NCBI GenBank assembly: GCA_017654855.1 | Contig: CM030333.1 | Coordinates: 4,402,001-4,466,000 of the forward strand | Direction: 5' to 3' | Length of the DNA: 64,000 nucleotides | From: Podospora anserina | Taxonomy: Eukaryota | Shown: in pieces, positions 36,741-48,181 of the stretch | How the letters are laid out: each line of letters begins with the position of its first letter | Position numbering within the stretch: the first letter of the stretch is position 1 | The notes under the pieces: generated by a model | Database searches by the model: none | Seen by the model: only the letters and a program-made list of their open reading frames with translations | What the model was told of the DNA's origin: nothing | Made by a program: the position numbers and the translations under genes

Positions 36741-39221
36741 ATGGCGGCAACTGGCCACCACGAGGCCGACGACTACAACATGAGCTACCCAGAACCCCCT
36801 CACTTCTCATCCGCGCCCATGGACCTGGGACTTTCCCCAGAGCCCTACAGCGCCTACTCCAGGTCATCACACGAGTTCCCGACGACAATTGGCTATGAGC
36901 ACGGAGCCATCTACACCGCCGACACACCATACCTCTACAGCCATAACGGTAACCACGAGAGGTCATCACCTGGCATGTACCCAGACGACAGCGATCTGAG
37001 AGGACCAGCTTCGGATCTGAGCATCGCCAGCGCCTCATCCTCCAACGCGGGCTCCCCAAATTCGAGTCACGGCCAAATGGCGCCGATCCCTGAGTGGGCC
37101 ACGGGCCCCCACGGACTTGGGGTTACCCCGGGCATCGTCGACGCAAGCGACTTTCACCTCCCCGGCAGCGAATATTCATACGCGCCCGGTGTCTATGGTG
37201 ATGAGTACAGCACAGCTTTCGAGTATCCCAGCGGGAAAACACCAGGCTTTGTTGGTGAGTTATCACAGATCCCTAGGTCATCTTCTTGTCTTTCTTCTCG
37301 CCGGGACTGGAGTCCGCGACACCAGACCCATGGTTCGTGTGCCTCCATCTCCTCTTCGGATTCCTGCGATTCTGGATCTACCATTGTCGCTCCCAAGGTC
37401 CCGGGAGCGGCTTCTTCCTGTCTCGCTGTCGATACGCGTCTGGCCCAGTCTGTGGTGACTACATCGTCAACCTTCAATGTCACACCTTCCTTTTCAGCTG
37501 CTTCTGCTTCTTCTTGTCCTTCCTCGGCGGCCTCCGGGCTCGTCTTTGCGTCTCCTGCTTCTTCTACATCTTCATTCTCTTCTCCTCAACTTCCAGCATG
37601 GAGCAGTCCCCCTCTGGGGGACAGCCCTGCGGCTCGTCCCAAGACGCCCACCAATCGTCTCCTTTCATCTCCTTTTTTTGCCCAATCCAGCGGGCATTTC
37701 GTTCCTCCTCTTCAGAATTCCTGTTGGTTTCCTCTGTCGCAAACGCAGATCTTGACCCTTGGCGGCCTTGCTAACCCGAAGCGTTTGCCCGTTGCAGATC
37801 CCATCTTGATTCACCCAGACGCGAGACCAATGACCATGTCTGGCTTTGAGCAGCAGCCATATTCGGCCCAGCCCAACTCCGCATATCCTGCCTCTCCTGC
37901 TCTGTCTGCCTCCCCACAACTGCGAAACGGCAGCACTTCGCCCTTCATGCACAACAACTACCAGTACTCGCCATACCCGCCACCAGTGGAGGCCCAAAGG
38001 AGACCAAGCCTTGTTTCTTTCCACTCCAACTACTCGGGCGAGCAGCAATACAGCGGCGATGAGTTCAAGGAGAAGCAGAGGTGCCCACATCCCGAGTGCG
38101 GCAAGGTGTTCAAGGACCTCAAGGCGCACATGCTCACTCACCAAGAGGAGCGCCCCGAGAAGTGCCCCATCACAACATGCGAGTATCACGTGAAGGGGTT
38201 TGCGAGAAAGTGAGTTGTCTTTTGACTTGGAATCAGTTGCGGGATACTAACAAGTGGTCTCATCAGATACGACAAGAACAGACATACCCTTACACATTAC
38301 AAGGGCACCATGGTCTGCGGTTTCTGCCCGGGGTCTGGCTCCGCGGCCGAGAAGTCGTTCAACCGTGCCGATGTGTTCAAGCGCCACTTGACTGCTGTGC
38401 ACGGTGTCGAGCAAACACCGCCCAACAGCCGGAAGAAGGCTGCCGCTGGAAACAACGGGACCAAGAAGTTGACTGGCTACGCCCCTGATGCGACTGGCAA
38501 GTGCTCCACTTGCTCGTCAACCTTCAGCAACGCCCAGGACTTCTACGAGCATCTTGACGACTGTGTGCTCCGCATTGTCCAGCAAGAGGACCCAGCAGAG
38601 GCCATCAACGCCCAGCGGTTGGCCGAGGTGGAAAACGATCGCGATGTACACAACACCCTGGAGAAGAACAACCTCCCAACAACCACCATGACACTTCAAG
38701 ATGGCGAGGACGAGGATGAGAACATGGATGACGGCGATGAAGATGAGCTCAGGGCTCGCGGCCTCAAGGGCTCGCCCACCAAGAGGAAGGGTGGAAACCC
38801 ACAAAACGGCGTGCAAAAGTCCCGCGGGCTTACACACTCGCGCGGCGGTGTCACGCTCCCCACCAAGACCCGGGGTCGCAAGAACAGGCGCGACTATCCT
38901 TCCTCATGGGGCTTCGACAAGGGTCAGATGACAATGAAGAAGCGCGTCATGGCGGTATTCGACGGCCCCCGCCGCCTGGCCAAGGATGACATGATGCTCT
39001 CGACCGAGCAAGAAGTCCGCATCAAGCTCTCCGACGGCAAGTCCTACGTCACCGACCTCGACATGCAAACGCTCAAGCGTGCCGACGGCTTCCTCAACGC
39101 GACCGAGGAGGAGAAGGGTCCCTGGGTCTCGGACGACCCGACCGAGGAGCAGCTCAAGCAGATGCTTACCTACACCGCCCCGGAACCAACAACCACCGCT
39201 GCTGCTGCCGCCGCTCAGTAA
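36741..39221 (+). CDS. C2H2 zinc-finger transcription factor (conserved Pezizomycotina family), alternatively spliceable first coding intron
   Basis: Fingers CPHPECGKVFKDLKAHMLTH, CPITTCEYHVKGFARKYDKNRHTLTH and CGFC...FNRADVFKRHLTAVH, plus CSTCSSTF...HLDDC. Intron 37255(or 37723)-37797 and intron 38210-38266. Confidence 0.92.
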
Positions 39222-41352
39222 ATACCATGACTGTTTCACTCACTCTTCTTTCACTTGAGGTTTATACTGCAACAACTACCAAACTAATCATCACCATCAT
39301 ACATCGTCACATTTACTTTTTGGGCTTGTTGGTTATAGAGGGGGTATATTACCTCTGGGGATCTACAAAGAGTTTGTAAAAATACACGCGGCGTTTTTTC
39401 TAGGGGGGCTGGTTTTATATCCCATGGGATTGATTGGATTTGGCTGGGAACATTATGGCATTCATGGGGCCTTTTTTTTCTTCTTTTCTTTTCTACTCTG
39501 TGACATTATTTTTTCTTTTTCTTTGTTTTTTTTATGCTGTCGCCCTGGAAATTTGGGAGAATAAGGAATGGGAGGGCCTTAATGACTGCAATGAAATACC
39601 AAATGGGGGTTTTTTTGGGAGGGGAGAAGGGGAAGGAATGGGGCTATAAGGAACTCAAAAAAATTATTCTTATTATTACTACGAGACCAAAGTAAGAGTG
39701 GGAAGAGGAAGGGGGAGCAAACACTACCTACCCAGGGACTTGGGGAAATTTTCTTAGCTCTTGTTTAGTATTACTACTACAACAACAACGATACCCATAT
39801 TGTTCTCAACACCTTTTCTTGCGATTTGCTATTTGATGTTTGTGTGCAGAGGAACAAAGTTGGTTGCTTATATAGTAGTTATTGGTATGGTTTATTATTT
39901 ACTAATGGGCTCGCCGTCGCTCTTGTTAAGTTGTGGGATATGGAAGAGTGGTTTGTCTGAGTTTTTTCTTTCTTTAATCCTTTTTTTTTTTTGTTTTTTT
40001 GCGCCATTTAATAATGGCAATAATGATGAGATATTGATTGTGATTCGTGACATTGGTGACACAATCTCCCAACGGTATTGGCATATGATCTACAAAAAAA
40101 GGTTTAGGTTTCTGGGTCACTCACCCACCTAGTTTTGTGTGTGTGTTTTTACCTTTCTCATCCTTTCTGGGTGTGATTCATTATCTATCCATTATTGTTT
40201 TGTGTGGGTTTTTGTAGCAGGTTTGGGGGAAGGGGGGAACCGATTCGCTATGTTGAAAATGGGACCACCACAACCTCTCCACCCGCCCAGTCCTGACGCA
40301 GAGCACCACCGCCGCGTTTCTTTTTGCGGCTGGAGATGTCCCTGGCGCAGCAGGTTGTTGAAAAGACGGCGTTTTGGAAGCATGACTGGGGTAGAACAGG
40401 GAGGATGTCGGTTTATGGGACTGGTAACTCCCCTTGAGCTCACTTTTATTTGGTATTTGGGATGTCAAGGAGAGGTTGGAAGGGACGTATGTGAAGGGAC
40501 TGGTGAGGAACTGAGCGGTTTGGCCTGTTTTGCAGATGGTCAACTTTCGGTTTGTGAGGGCGGAAAAAAGGGTGGTGGTTGAGAATGGGGGGTTGGTGGG
40601 GTGGTGTTGTTTTTTGAGTTGGTTGAATACCCATGGTGCTGGGGAGGAGGCGAAATCATTTGGGGGTGATGGGTTAGCATGGTGTTGGACCTGTGAGTTG
40701 GATTGGAACTGGCATGAAACACTTCACACCGGAATTTCACAAAGAAAGTAGCAAAAAAGCAAAGACGTAGAGAAAAGCAGATCATGCTAAATCACACTGC
40801 TTGTTTTATTGATATAAAGTGTGAAGCTCTACTTTGAAACTGTTGCTATGTAGTGTGATTTGTGCACTAAAACACTTATCAAATTTCATCGTGTCACCGA
40901 TAAGCTCTATGCGATTGCACGCGGGTTTCGACGGCTCACGGCTCGCGCCGACACTGGGGTTGGCTGTCCACCCAAAACAAGAAAAATACCTCGAATGCAT
41001 AGAAACAGTGTTCTGTAGCCGTTTTTTTTGGGCTTCCAACGGACGTTCCGGCTGGTTGTGAGTGTCTGAGCAAGCTACCCCTCCATTGACTGGCGACGAC
41101 AGCGACCCCACGTCCAAAAACTCGCGATAAACAGATAAGCTAAGGTAGTTAGTTGGCCTGAGTGGGCTTCTGGGAGCTTCCTTTGGTGGGGTGATCAACA
41201 CCAAGAGTTGATATCATCACTGATTGTGAGCTTCACTTGCAGAGTCTCACAACTCCATCTCACTCACCTCATTTCCCAAGAAACACTCACCATTCTCACC
41301 CCTCCTCTCACCTCTCAATCTCACCTCCCAACATCCAAAGTAATAAAAAAAA

Positions 41353-42258
41353 ATGGCCCTCACCTCCCGCCTCGCCCTCACCGGCCCCGACACCACCGAC
41401 CCAGAAGACTACCTCTCCTCCTCCCTAGGCATCATCTTCCCCGACGACGTAACCAACCAACACGGCGACGCCGACCACGGCCTCCTCTACACCTCCCCCC
41501 ACCTCCCGCAACCCCTGCAATTCTCGCTCGCCAACGTCACCGAGGAAAAAGAGCGCCACCTCTTTTCCCATTACCTCTGGAATTCATCCCTCATGCTCGC
41601 TGAACTCATCGAAGCCGGCACTCTGGGGCTGGACATCCCCTGGTCAGGCCTCGGTGGCGAGATCAAAGATTTTGATGTCACGGGCCTGGAAACGGTGGAA
41701 TTAGGGGCGGGGACGGCACTGCCAAGTATAATGGGGGGTTTGATGGGGAGCAAGAGGGTGGTGGTGACTGATTATCCTGCTCCAGAGGTGATCAAGACAC
41801 TCAAGGAGAATGTGCTGAGGGGAGTGGAAAAAAAGAATGGGGTTGATGGGAGGTATCGTCTTGAAGAGGTGGTCGTTGAGGGACATGGGTGGGGGGAATT
41901 GGAGACGCCATTGGCGGAGGGAAATAAACACCAGTTTGATAGGGTGTTTGTGGCGGATTGTCTTTGGATGCCGTGGCAGCATGTGAATTTGAGGAGGTCG
42001 GTTGGGTGGTTTTTGAGGGAGGATGAGGATGCTAGGGCGTGGGTTGTGGCGGGTTTCCATACGGGAAGGGAAAAGATGAGAGGGTTTTTTGACAAGGAGA
42101 AATTGGCTGAGGTAGGGTTGGAGGTGGAGAGGTTGTGGGAGAGGGATTGTGATGGGGGTGAGAGGGAGTGGGTTTGGGATCGGGGGGTGGAGGATATTAG
42201 TGTTAGGAAGAGGTGGTTGGCGGTTGGGGTGTTGAGGAGGATACGGAAGAGCGAGTGA
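41353..42258 (+). CDS. nnt1: SAM-dependent protein N-terminal/lysine methyltransferase (Nnt1/Efm7 family), 301 aa
   Basis: LFSHYLWNSS, motif I VELGAGTALPS, VVVTDYP and ADCLWMP; single exon. Confidence 0.88.
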   Translation: MALTSRLALTGPDTTDPEDYLSSSLGIIFPDDVTNQHGDADHGLLYTSPHLPQPLQFSLANVTEEKERHLFSHYLWNSSLMLAELIEAGTLGLDIPWSGLGGEIKDFDVTGLETVELGAGTALPSIMGGLMGSKRVVVTDYPAPEVIKTLKENVLRGVEKKNGVDGRYRLEEVVVEGHGWGELETPLAEGNKHQFDRVFVADCLWMPWQHVNLRRSVGWFLREDEDARAWVVAGFHTGREKMRGFFDKEKLAEVGLEVERLWERDCDGGEREWVWDRGVEDISVRKRWLAVGVLRRIRKSE

Positions 42259-43367
42259 AGGGTCGTCGGGGTCGTCGAGTTCGAGGCGATCGGTAGGTGA
42301 GGTGGGATGCCGGCCATAACTTCATATCCAGCTGGTCGAGTCTTTGATTTCCCCCATTCCTGTTATTCCTGGCTCTTTTATGCGGTCCTTCCTGGGTCTT
42401 CCATCTTTGTCGTGCCCCATCTGACTCTCATAGCCTCTTCTCATGATCCTCGCTCTTTCTCTTGTCGTCCATCCTACTTTTCTCATGTCATCCCATCCTT
42501 CAGCCCAAGTCGTCCCGAATGCAGTAAGGCGTATCTCAAATTTCCATATCGGGCGATCCCAGTTGTCCAGCTCGTCCACAATCCAAACACCACCAATCTC
42601 CGATGTTGACATAAATTTCCCAACCCCCAAGCATAACCAAATCTCAGAGAAAAAGGGGAACGGGCACCAGCGTTCTTATAGACAGCCCTCCCCTCTCCCC
42701 CCAGAATCAGCGCGGAATTCATCCGCTCCTCAAGTTTTCAGCTCCCCAAGCCAAGACCACTGACGAAGCAGTGGCGCGAGTGAGATCCTGGGGGTAAAAG
42801 TTCAGCTCGGCCAAACAAACCCAGCGTGATTGGGCCAACCGTCGTATTCGTGGCGCCCGCCAGCCAGTTGAATAAAACTTCTTGACGACGGCGAGCCAAC
42901 TGTCACTTCCTGCTGACGGGGCTGTTTGCAAAAGCATTGAGTGTAAGCTGAAAGATGCCGAAGGCCGAGTATATATGTTGGCGGTGAAAAGATGGGAGCG
43001 GAATACAAGCCGGGAAAGCACACAAGTTGCAGATAGTTTGTAATGGTATGCAAAGGTGAAATGAAAGGCAAGAGGTCTCGAGTCAAAAAGACCCAGAGGC
43101 CGAGGCCGGGTCCTGCTTTAATCCCCCTTCTTGGCTTGGACAAACGGCTCCACTATATGACGGACAAGATACCCAAGTTGGTGAGAACGAGCAACGCGAA
43201 GGAAGGCTATTACATAAAATACCGGTTATGATTTTTTCCTCGAATGCCAGTCATCTCAACTTCTCGAGAAATTCATGAAGATTTGTGCTTTTGTGGAATG
43301 CATTCCGCATCACGAACCAGCTGAATGTGATTGCATGGTTCTTCACTTCTAGGTACCAAACTGGGCT

Positions 43368-43393
43368 CTTGGCGACCCTGCTTGGCGACCCTG
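43368..43393. repeat. 13-bp direct tandem duplication CTTGGCGACCCTG x2
   Basis: Direct reading. Confidence 0.85.
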
Positions 43394-43502
43394 ATCGTCT
43401 TGACGGATCTGGACGATCTTGAAGCTAAGAAAATAAGGGTTACTTTGGAAATGCTTCATTTTCGTGGGATTGGATAAGAGGGAGGGTCTTGTTGGATTGA
43501 GG

Positions 43503-44378
43503 CTACAAATCAGCAGGCTCAACCCTCCATCCAAAACCCGCGGGGACGTCGCTGTCCAGCATCCTCATCCCGGACGCTACACAGATGTCCATGACGACGC
43601 TGCGGACAGCGTTTTACCCCATCGACCGTGGCACCGCCATTGAGAGCTCCTCTGAGATGGCCTTTTAGCTGAGGATTGACCCGTGAACTCATCAGCTTTG
43701 ATTGGGGCCAGCGAGACACAGCATCAACCTCACATCTTGTGATATCAACCCGGCAATCATGACATAGGAAGTCTCGACGGCGCCGAGGACATTGCTGTTG
43801 CTGAGAATGTAACCATATACCAGGCGAGCGACGAGGCCGAGGTCTTCGGTTCCTGATCGGTCCATTTGACCCATGACTCTCTTGGTTATTTTACCGTAGA
43901 TGCCCTCGAAGAATTCTTGTCCGCGTCTAGAATCTGGGATACTGGGGTGTCGTGAATATCAGATGGTCTTCCTTCGGCGAGGGTCCTTGCGGCTCGTCGA
44001 GAAGGTCATCTGGTGTTACTTTCTTGACCTCTAGAAGGGCGTTGATGGTCTGGTGAATCATGAGCGTTGCCACAGATCTAATTTACCTTAGACTTGGAGG
44101 ATACCTTTGGGATACCTGTGACGGCGGCAGTTTTGATCAAGGCCTCACACATTCATCGTGAGATGTCTCGTTTCTCATCGAAACTTGGCAGAGTGTCTTC
44201 GCCACTTGGCCATTTTTGACTCAACGTATGCAAGGACGCTTTCTGGATTTCATCCGGCCGATTGAGTTGTGAAAGTGTTGTAACCGCAATGAAGTACCAG
44301 GTATTAGCTGGAAGATTTGGGCGACTTCGAATTGCTGCGAGCAAGGCCGGAGTGATGATGGAGGGGAGAGTTGCTTAT
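43503..44378 (-). pseudogene. Pseudogene of an AhpD/carboxymuconolactone-decarboxylase-like fungal protein
   Basis: Fragments ATLPSIITPALLAAIRSRPNLP..TWYFIA..LSQLNRPDEI, MCEALIKTAAVTGIPK|TINAL, GQEFFEGIYGKITKRVMGQMDRSGTEDLG, ETSYVMIAGL|VNPQLKGHLRGALNGGAT and AVRSVVMDIC. No ATG at the expected start, in-frame TGA at 44153-55, and at least 3 frameshifts; two introns are retained. Confidence 0.8.
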
Positions 44379-44753
44379 GGTTTGGCGTTGAACTTGTAAA
44401 TGAAAAATGAATTGATGTGATTGGACCGAGCCCCCTTTTTCTTCAGCTCTTCAGCAAACAGCTGCACCGCCACTCATTCGATGGAATGCAAGTCGGGTGT
44501 GGCTGGTGGCTTGGCAGCGTCACTGTCACAGGTGGTGGTGTCGTTCGGCTCGGGCATCTGATCCTGGCTCTTTCCATAACGTGGCCAATTGATTACCATA
44601 ATCTCAAGAGCTCTCCAACTGCGGCGGCACCTCCATCTTGCGCAAACAACCATGGCGACTTGACTCTTGCCGCCATCTTCGTTAACAATCACCACTTAAT
44701 CGAACAGACATCTCCCGCTTTCTGCGCTCTTGTTGCAAAATAAACCCAACAAG

Positions 44754-47507
44754 ATGCGGCTCCAGTGGTACGCAACGGTAGGTTGAACCTCCAGCTCCAC
44801 GACGGGTTAAGGAGCTCTCGTGAACTGTGCATATCATCAACATACTGACTGATGCTGCCAACTACAGGCCTCCATGGCCTCTGCAGCCGCCGTGGTCGCA
44901 TCCGCTTTCTATCAACGTGCCAATTTCTACTCGGCCATGGTCCATCTTGCGCAAAGTAGCATGTCTCTCCTGGTACGTCCCTCTTGTGCCCACTTACACG
45001 CCTTGGGGCTCGTCTGACAGCAGGCCATTTAGGTTCTCGCAAATCTGGTGTTTGTTGTCTATGGATCTCTTGTGTATGGCTTCCAACGCCTCTGCTTCGG
45101 CCCCCTGCGACCGACCGAAATCGAACAACTCTACGAACGGGGCTGGTTCGCCGTCACCGAAACCTGCCTTGCCATGACCATATTCCGGGACGAACTCGGC
45201 CCCTCCTTTGTGATCATGTTTACCGCGCTCATCACTGGAAAGGTGTGGGGTTGGATCAGTGAAGGTCGCGTCGAAGTGCTGGAGCAACAACCCCCTGCGA
45301 ACCCCCGACTGTTCCATACCAGACTCAGCGTCTCTCTGCTGGTCAGTATTCTTTACGACGTCTTCTTGCTCAGCTATGCCGCCACTACCGTCTGGCAACA
45401 AGCCCGCCGTACCGTCATGGTCATGTTCCTATTCGAGTTTGCCGTCCTCACGGTCTGCTCCCTGCACACGACTGGTCGGTATATCCTCTCGCTGGTGGAG
45501 CAACAGGTCAACAGGATCCAATCACAACAACGCTTGGAAGAACGCCGTCGCCAGGTTCGAGAGCAGAGGGCCGAAATTCTGAGGCGGAGAGCTGAGGGTA
45601 CCGCTGAGGATGATGACGAGGAACTGCCCAACGAGGAAGATGTCGACGAGATGGACATTGAAGTGCCAGGTTGGGAATCCAAGGGGCACTGGATTTTGTC
45701 CCTGGATCTTTTTGCAGGTCAGTGCTTACGACAGCTGCCAAATGCTCTGCTCAACCGCTAACAGTTTACAGACTTTGTCAAGCTTACTCTGTATACCGTC
45801 TTCTTCTGCGCTCTTGTCATCTTTTTCAACTTCCCCATACATATCGTCAGAGACTGGTTCATGACCGCGAGGTCGTTCCTAAAGCGTCTACGAGCCCTCC
45901 TCCGCTATCGACAAGCGCTCAAACACATGGACCAGTACCCCGATGCTACAGTGGAGGATCTTGGCAGAGATGAAACCTGCATCATCTGCAGAGAAGAAAT
46001 GCGCCCTTGGGATCCCAACGATACCAACCAGATCGAGAGAACGCGCGCCAAGAAACTTCCATGTGGCCATATCCTGCATTTCGGTTGCCTCAAGAGTTGG
46101 TTGGAGCGTCAACAAGTATGCCCAACCTGCCGTCGTCCTGTCGCACGCGAAGGTCAACAACCTGCGAGGAACGGGGATGCCGTGGTGTTCAGGTTGGGGC
46201 TCGGTTTGCCTCCTGGCCCAAATCAGCCGGCGCAAGCACAGTTTCCACCAAATGGTCAGCCTCCTGCAGGTCAACCACCACAAGGGGGAGCGGCGGGACT
46301 TCAGGGGAACAACAGGAATCGCAACGTCCGGATGTTTAACTTTGGGCCTCTCAGACTTGGGTTTGCCCAGGGTGGCGTTGAGGAGATCAGAGAGATGGCT
46401 CAGAGAATGGGTATGCCGCCAGATGCTGCTCACCCTGCGCCTCCCGCACCCGCGGCTCCTGCACCGGCTGACAATGCCGCTGTCAACGTCAATACACCTG
46501 GTGCTGGGCTGGATCAAATCCGCGGACAGCTCACTGACCTTAGCACGCGAATCCAGCAAGAGATGGCCAACCTGAACCATGCCGCGCACGAGTTGTATCT
46601 TCTCCAGCACATGGTCAACGAACTGACACGGTTGCGCCAGACGCCTACACAACAAGCTGGTCAGCGACAAGGAATACCTCTTGTTCCAGGTCAAGTTGTT
46701 GTGCCTCCTCAGCCTGTGGCTAACATCCAGCATCTAGCTCAGGCACCTGCTCAGGCAGCTGTTCAACCAGGAGTTCAACCGGCAGGCCAACCTGCTACCC
46801 AGCCACCTGTCATGCTGCTAGGCCAACCTTATATTCAGGGACAGCCTCATCCTGCGCTTCATCATCCAGGGGTATTGCAAGCGCAGGTGCATGCATTTCT
46901 GCCGAGGGCCCAGCCTACTATTGGTAGGCCGGGTGCTGAATCAGGAGCGGCTATTCCTGCTGGAAGCCCAGATCTTCCCGAGGGTGTGACGATTCCGGCG
47001 GGCTGGTCACTTGTCCCTCTTCAAAGGGCGGAGAACGGGGTGGTAGAACCAAGTCCGCTCTGGGGCCAGCTGCCTGCGAACGCTCTTAGGGATAGGTTGC
47101 AGAACCTTGCTCCAGAGAGGCCAAGATCCTCCTTGTCCAGGGGCACGAGTCCTTTAGGCCGAGACACGACTTCGGTCGCTGGGTATGAGGCGGAATCATC
47201 GCAAACAGCTGAAGCACGTGGTGCTGTGCCATCAGTTGCTGCCTCAAATACACAACGAACTGTGTCTCCATCTCACACAGCATCAACAGCCACTTCAGCT
47301 GCTCCAAATTGGGGTGGTCCGGCGCAGCTCTTCGGCGGTCGAACTACCTCCCCTCCGCAAACCGAGGCTGAGGCAGGTAGGAGCAGAGCAGCTTCAGAAA
47401 GCAATGGGTCTGCCTGGCCAAGTGCACAGAACGGCAGTACCAATAATAGCAAGAGCACCGCCCGGCTGGCTTCGGTGGAGGACGCTGAGAATGAGGAGGA
47501 TGAATGA
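44754..47507 (+). CDS. hrd1: ERAD E3 ubiquitin ligase Hrd1 (RING-H2), 4 exons
   Basis: Exons 44754-44777, 44868-44972, 45033-45717 and 45772-47507. [58 protein letters not shown]...[28 protein letters not shown]. Confidence 0.95.
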
Positions 47508-48181
47508 AAAAAAAGACAGCCAGGTTACCAGTACAGGAGATACATACATCATCACAGGCCTTTTGAGGGCAGTTACAGCATTTTGGGGCGTTTAGCGGGT
47601 TGGGGATTTTCTCTACAGACTTGGTCGGTTTCTGTGGACGTTTCGATCCCGTCCACTTGATACTCAGCGCAAGAGCGGGCTTAGAAATACCAAATGCATT
47701 TCCATCTCAGCTGCTTCCTTCTCCGTTACTCTTGCTCTTTCGACTGTGTGCCCGCAAGAAAGTACCACCCTATCGACAAGATAAATGGCACTGTAAGTCG
47801 ACACATGTTTTATTCCGAACCATGCCTCGAGAAATGTTAATAAACCTCAAACGATAGTTAATAGATCTGAAATGAGGGTCAATCGGCCTATTTTCTTATT
47901 AAAAAAAGGAAGGTGTAAGTTGCCGTTATTTTATCCATGGTGTGTGGGTGGTGCTCACACAAGGCAGGCACATACGTGGGTCTGGCTGTTTAAGAAACCA
48001 CATGCCGGTTTTTTCTTCTTTTGGTTTTGTCTCAAGTTTGCATCATCCGACGACGATCGTCTCGTTATCCAGTTGTTTACTCTACTTTGTAGTGCTACCT
48101 ACTATCATTGCTTATCCTTCAAGGATTTTACATACACGCAGCTCAGCAACCATCTTTTCTGCTCCTTCTTCTCCAACACCC

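Noticed and set aside
39434-40751. Hydrophobic ORFs downstream of the C2H2 gene
   Set aside because: T-rich/G-rich low-complexity 3' UTR or intergenic sequence.
44153-44155. Editing rescue of the TGA in the AhpD-like pseudogene
   Set aside because: G at -1 is disfavoured for fungal A-to-I editing, and several frameshifts would remain.
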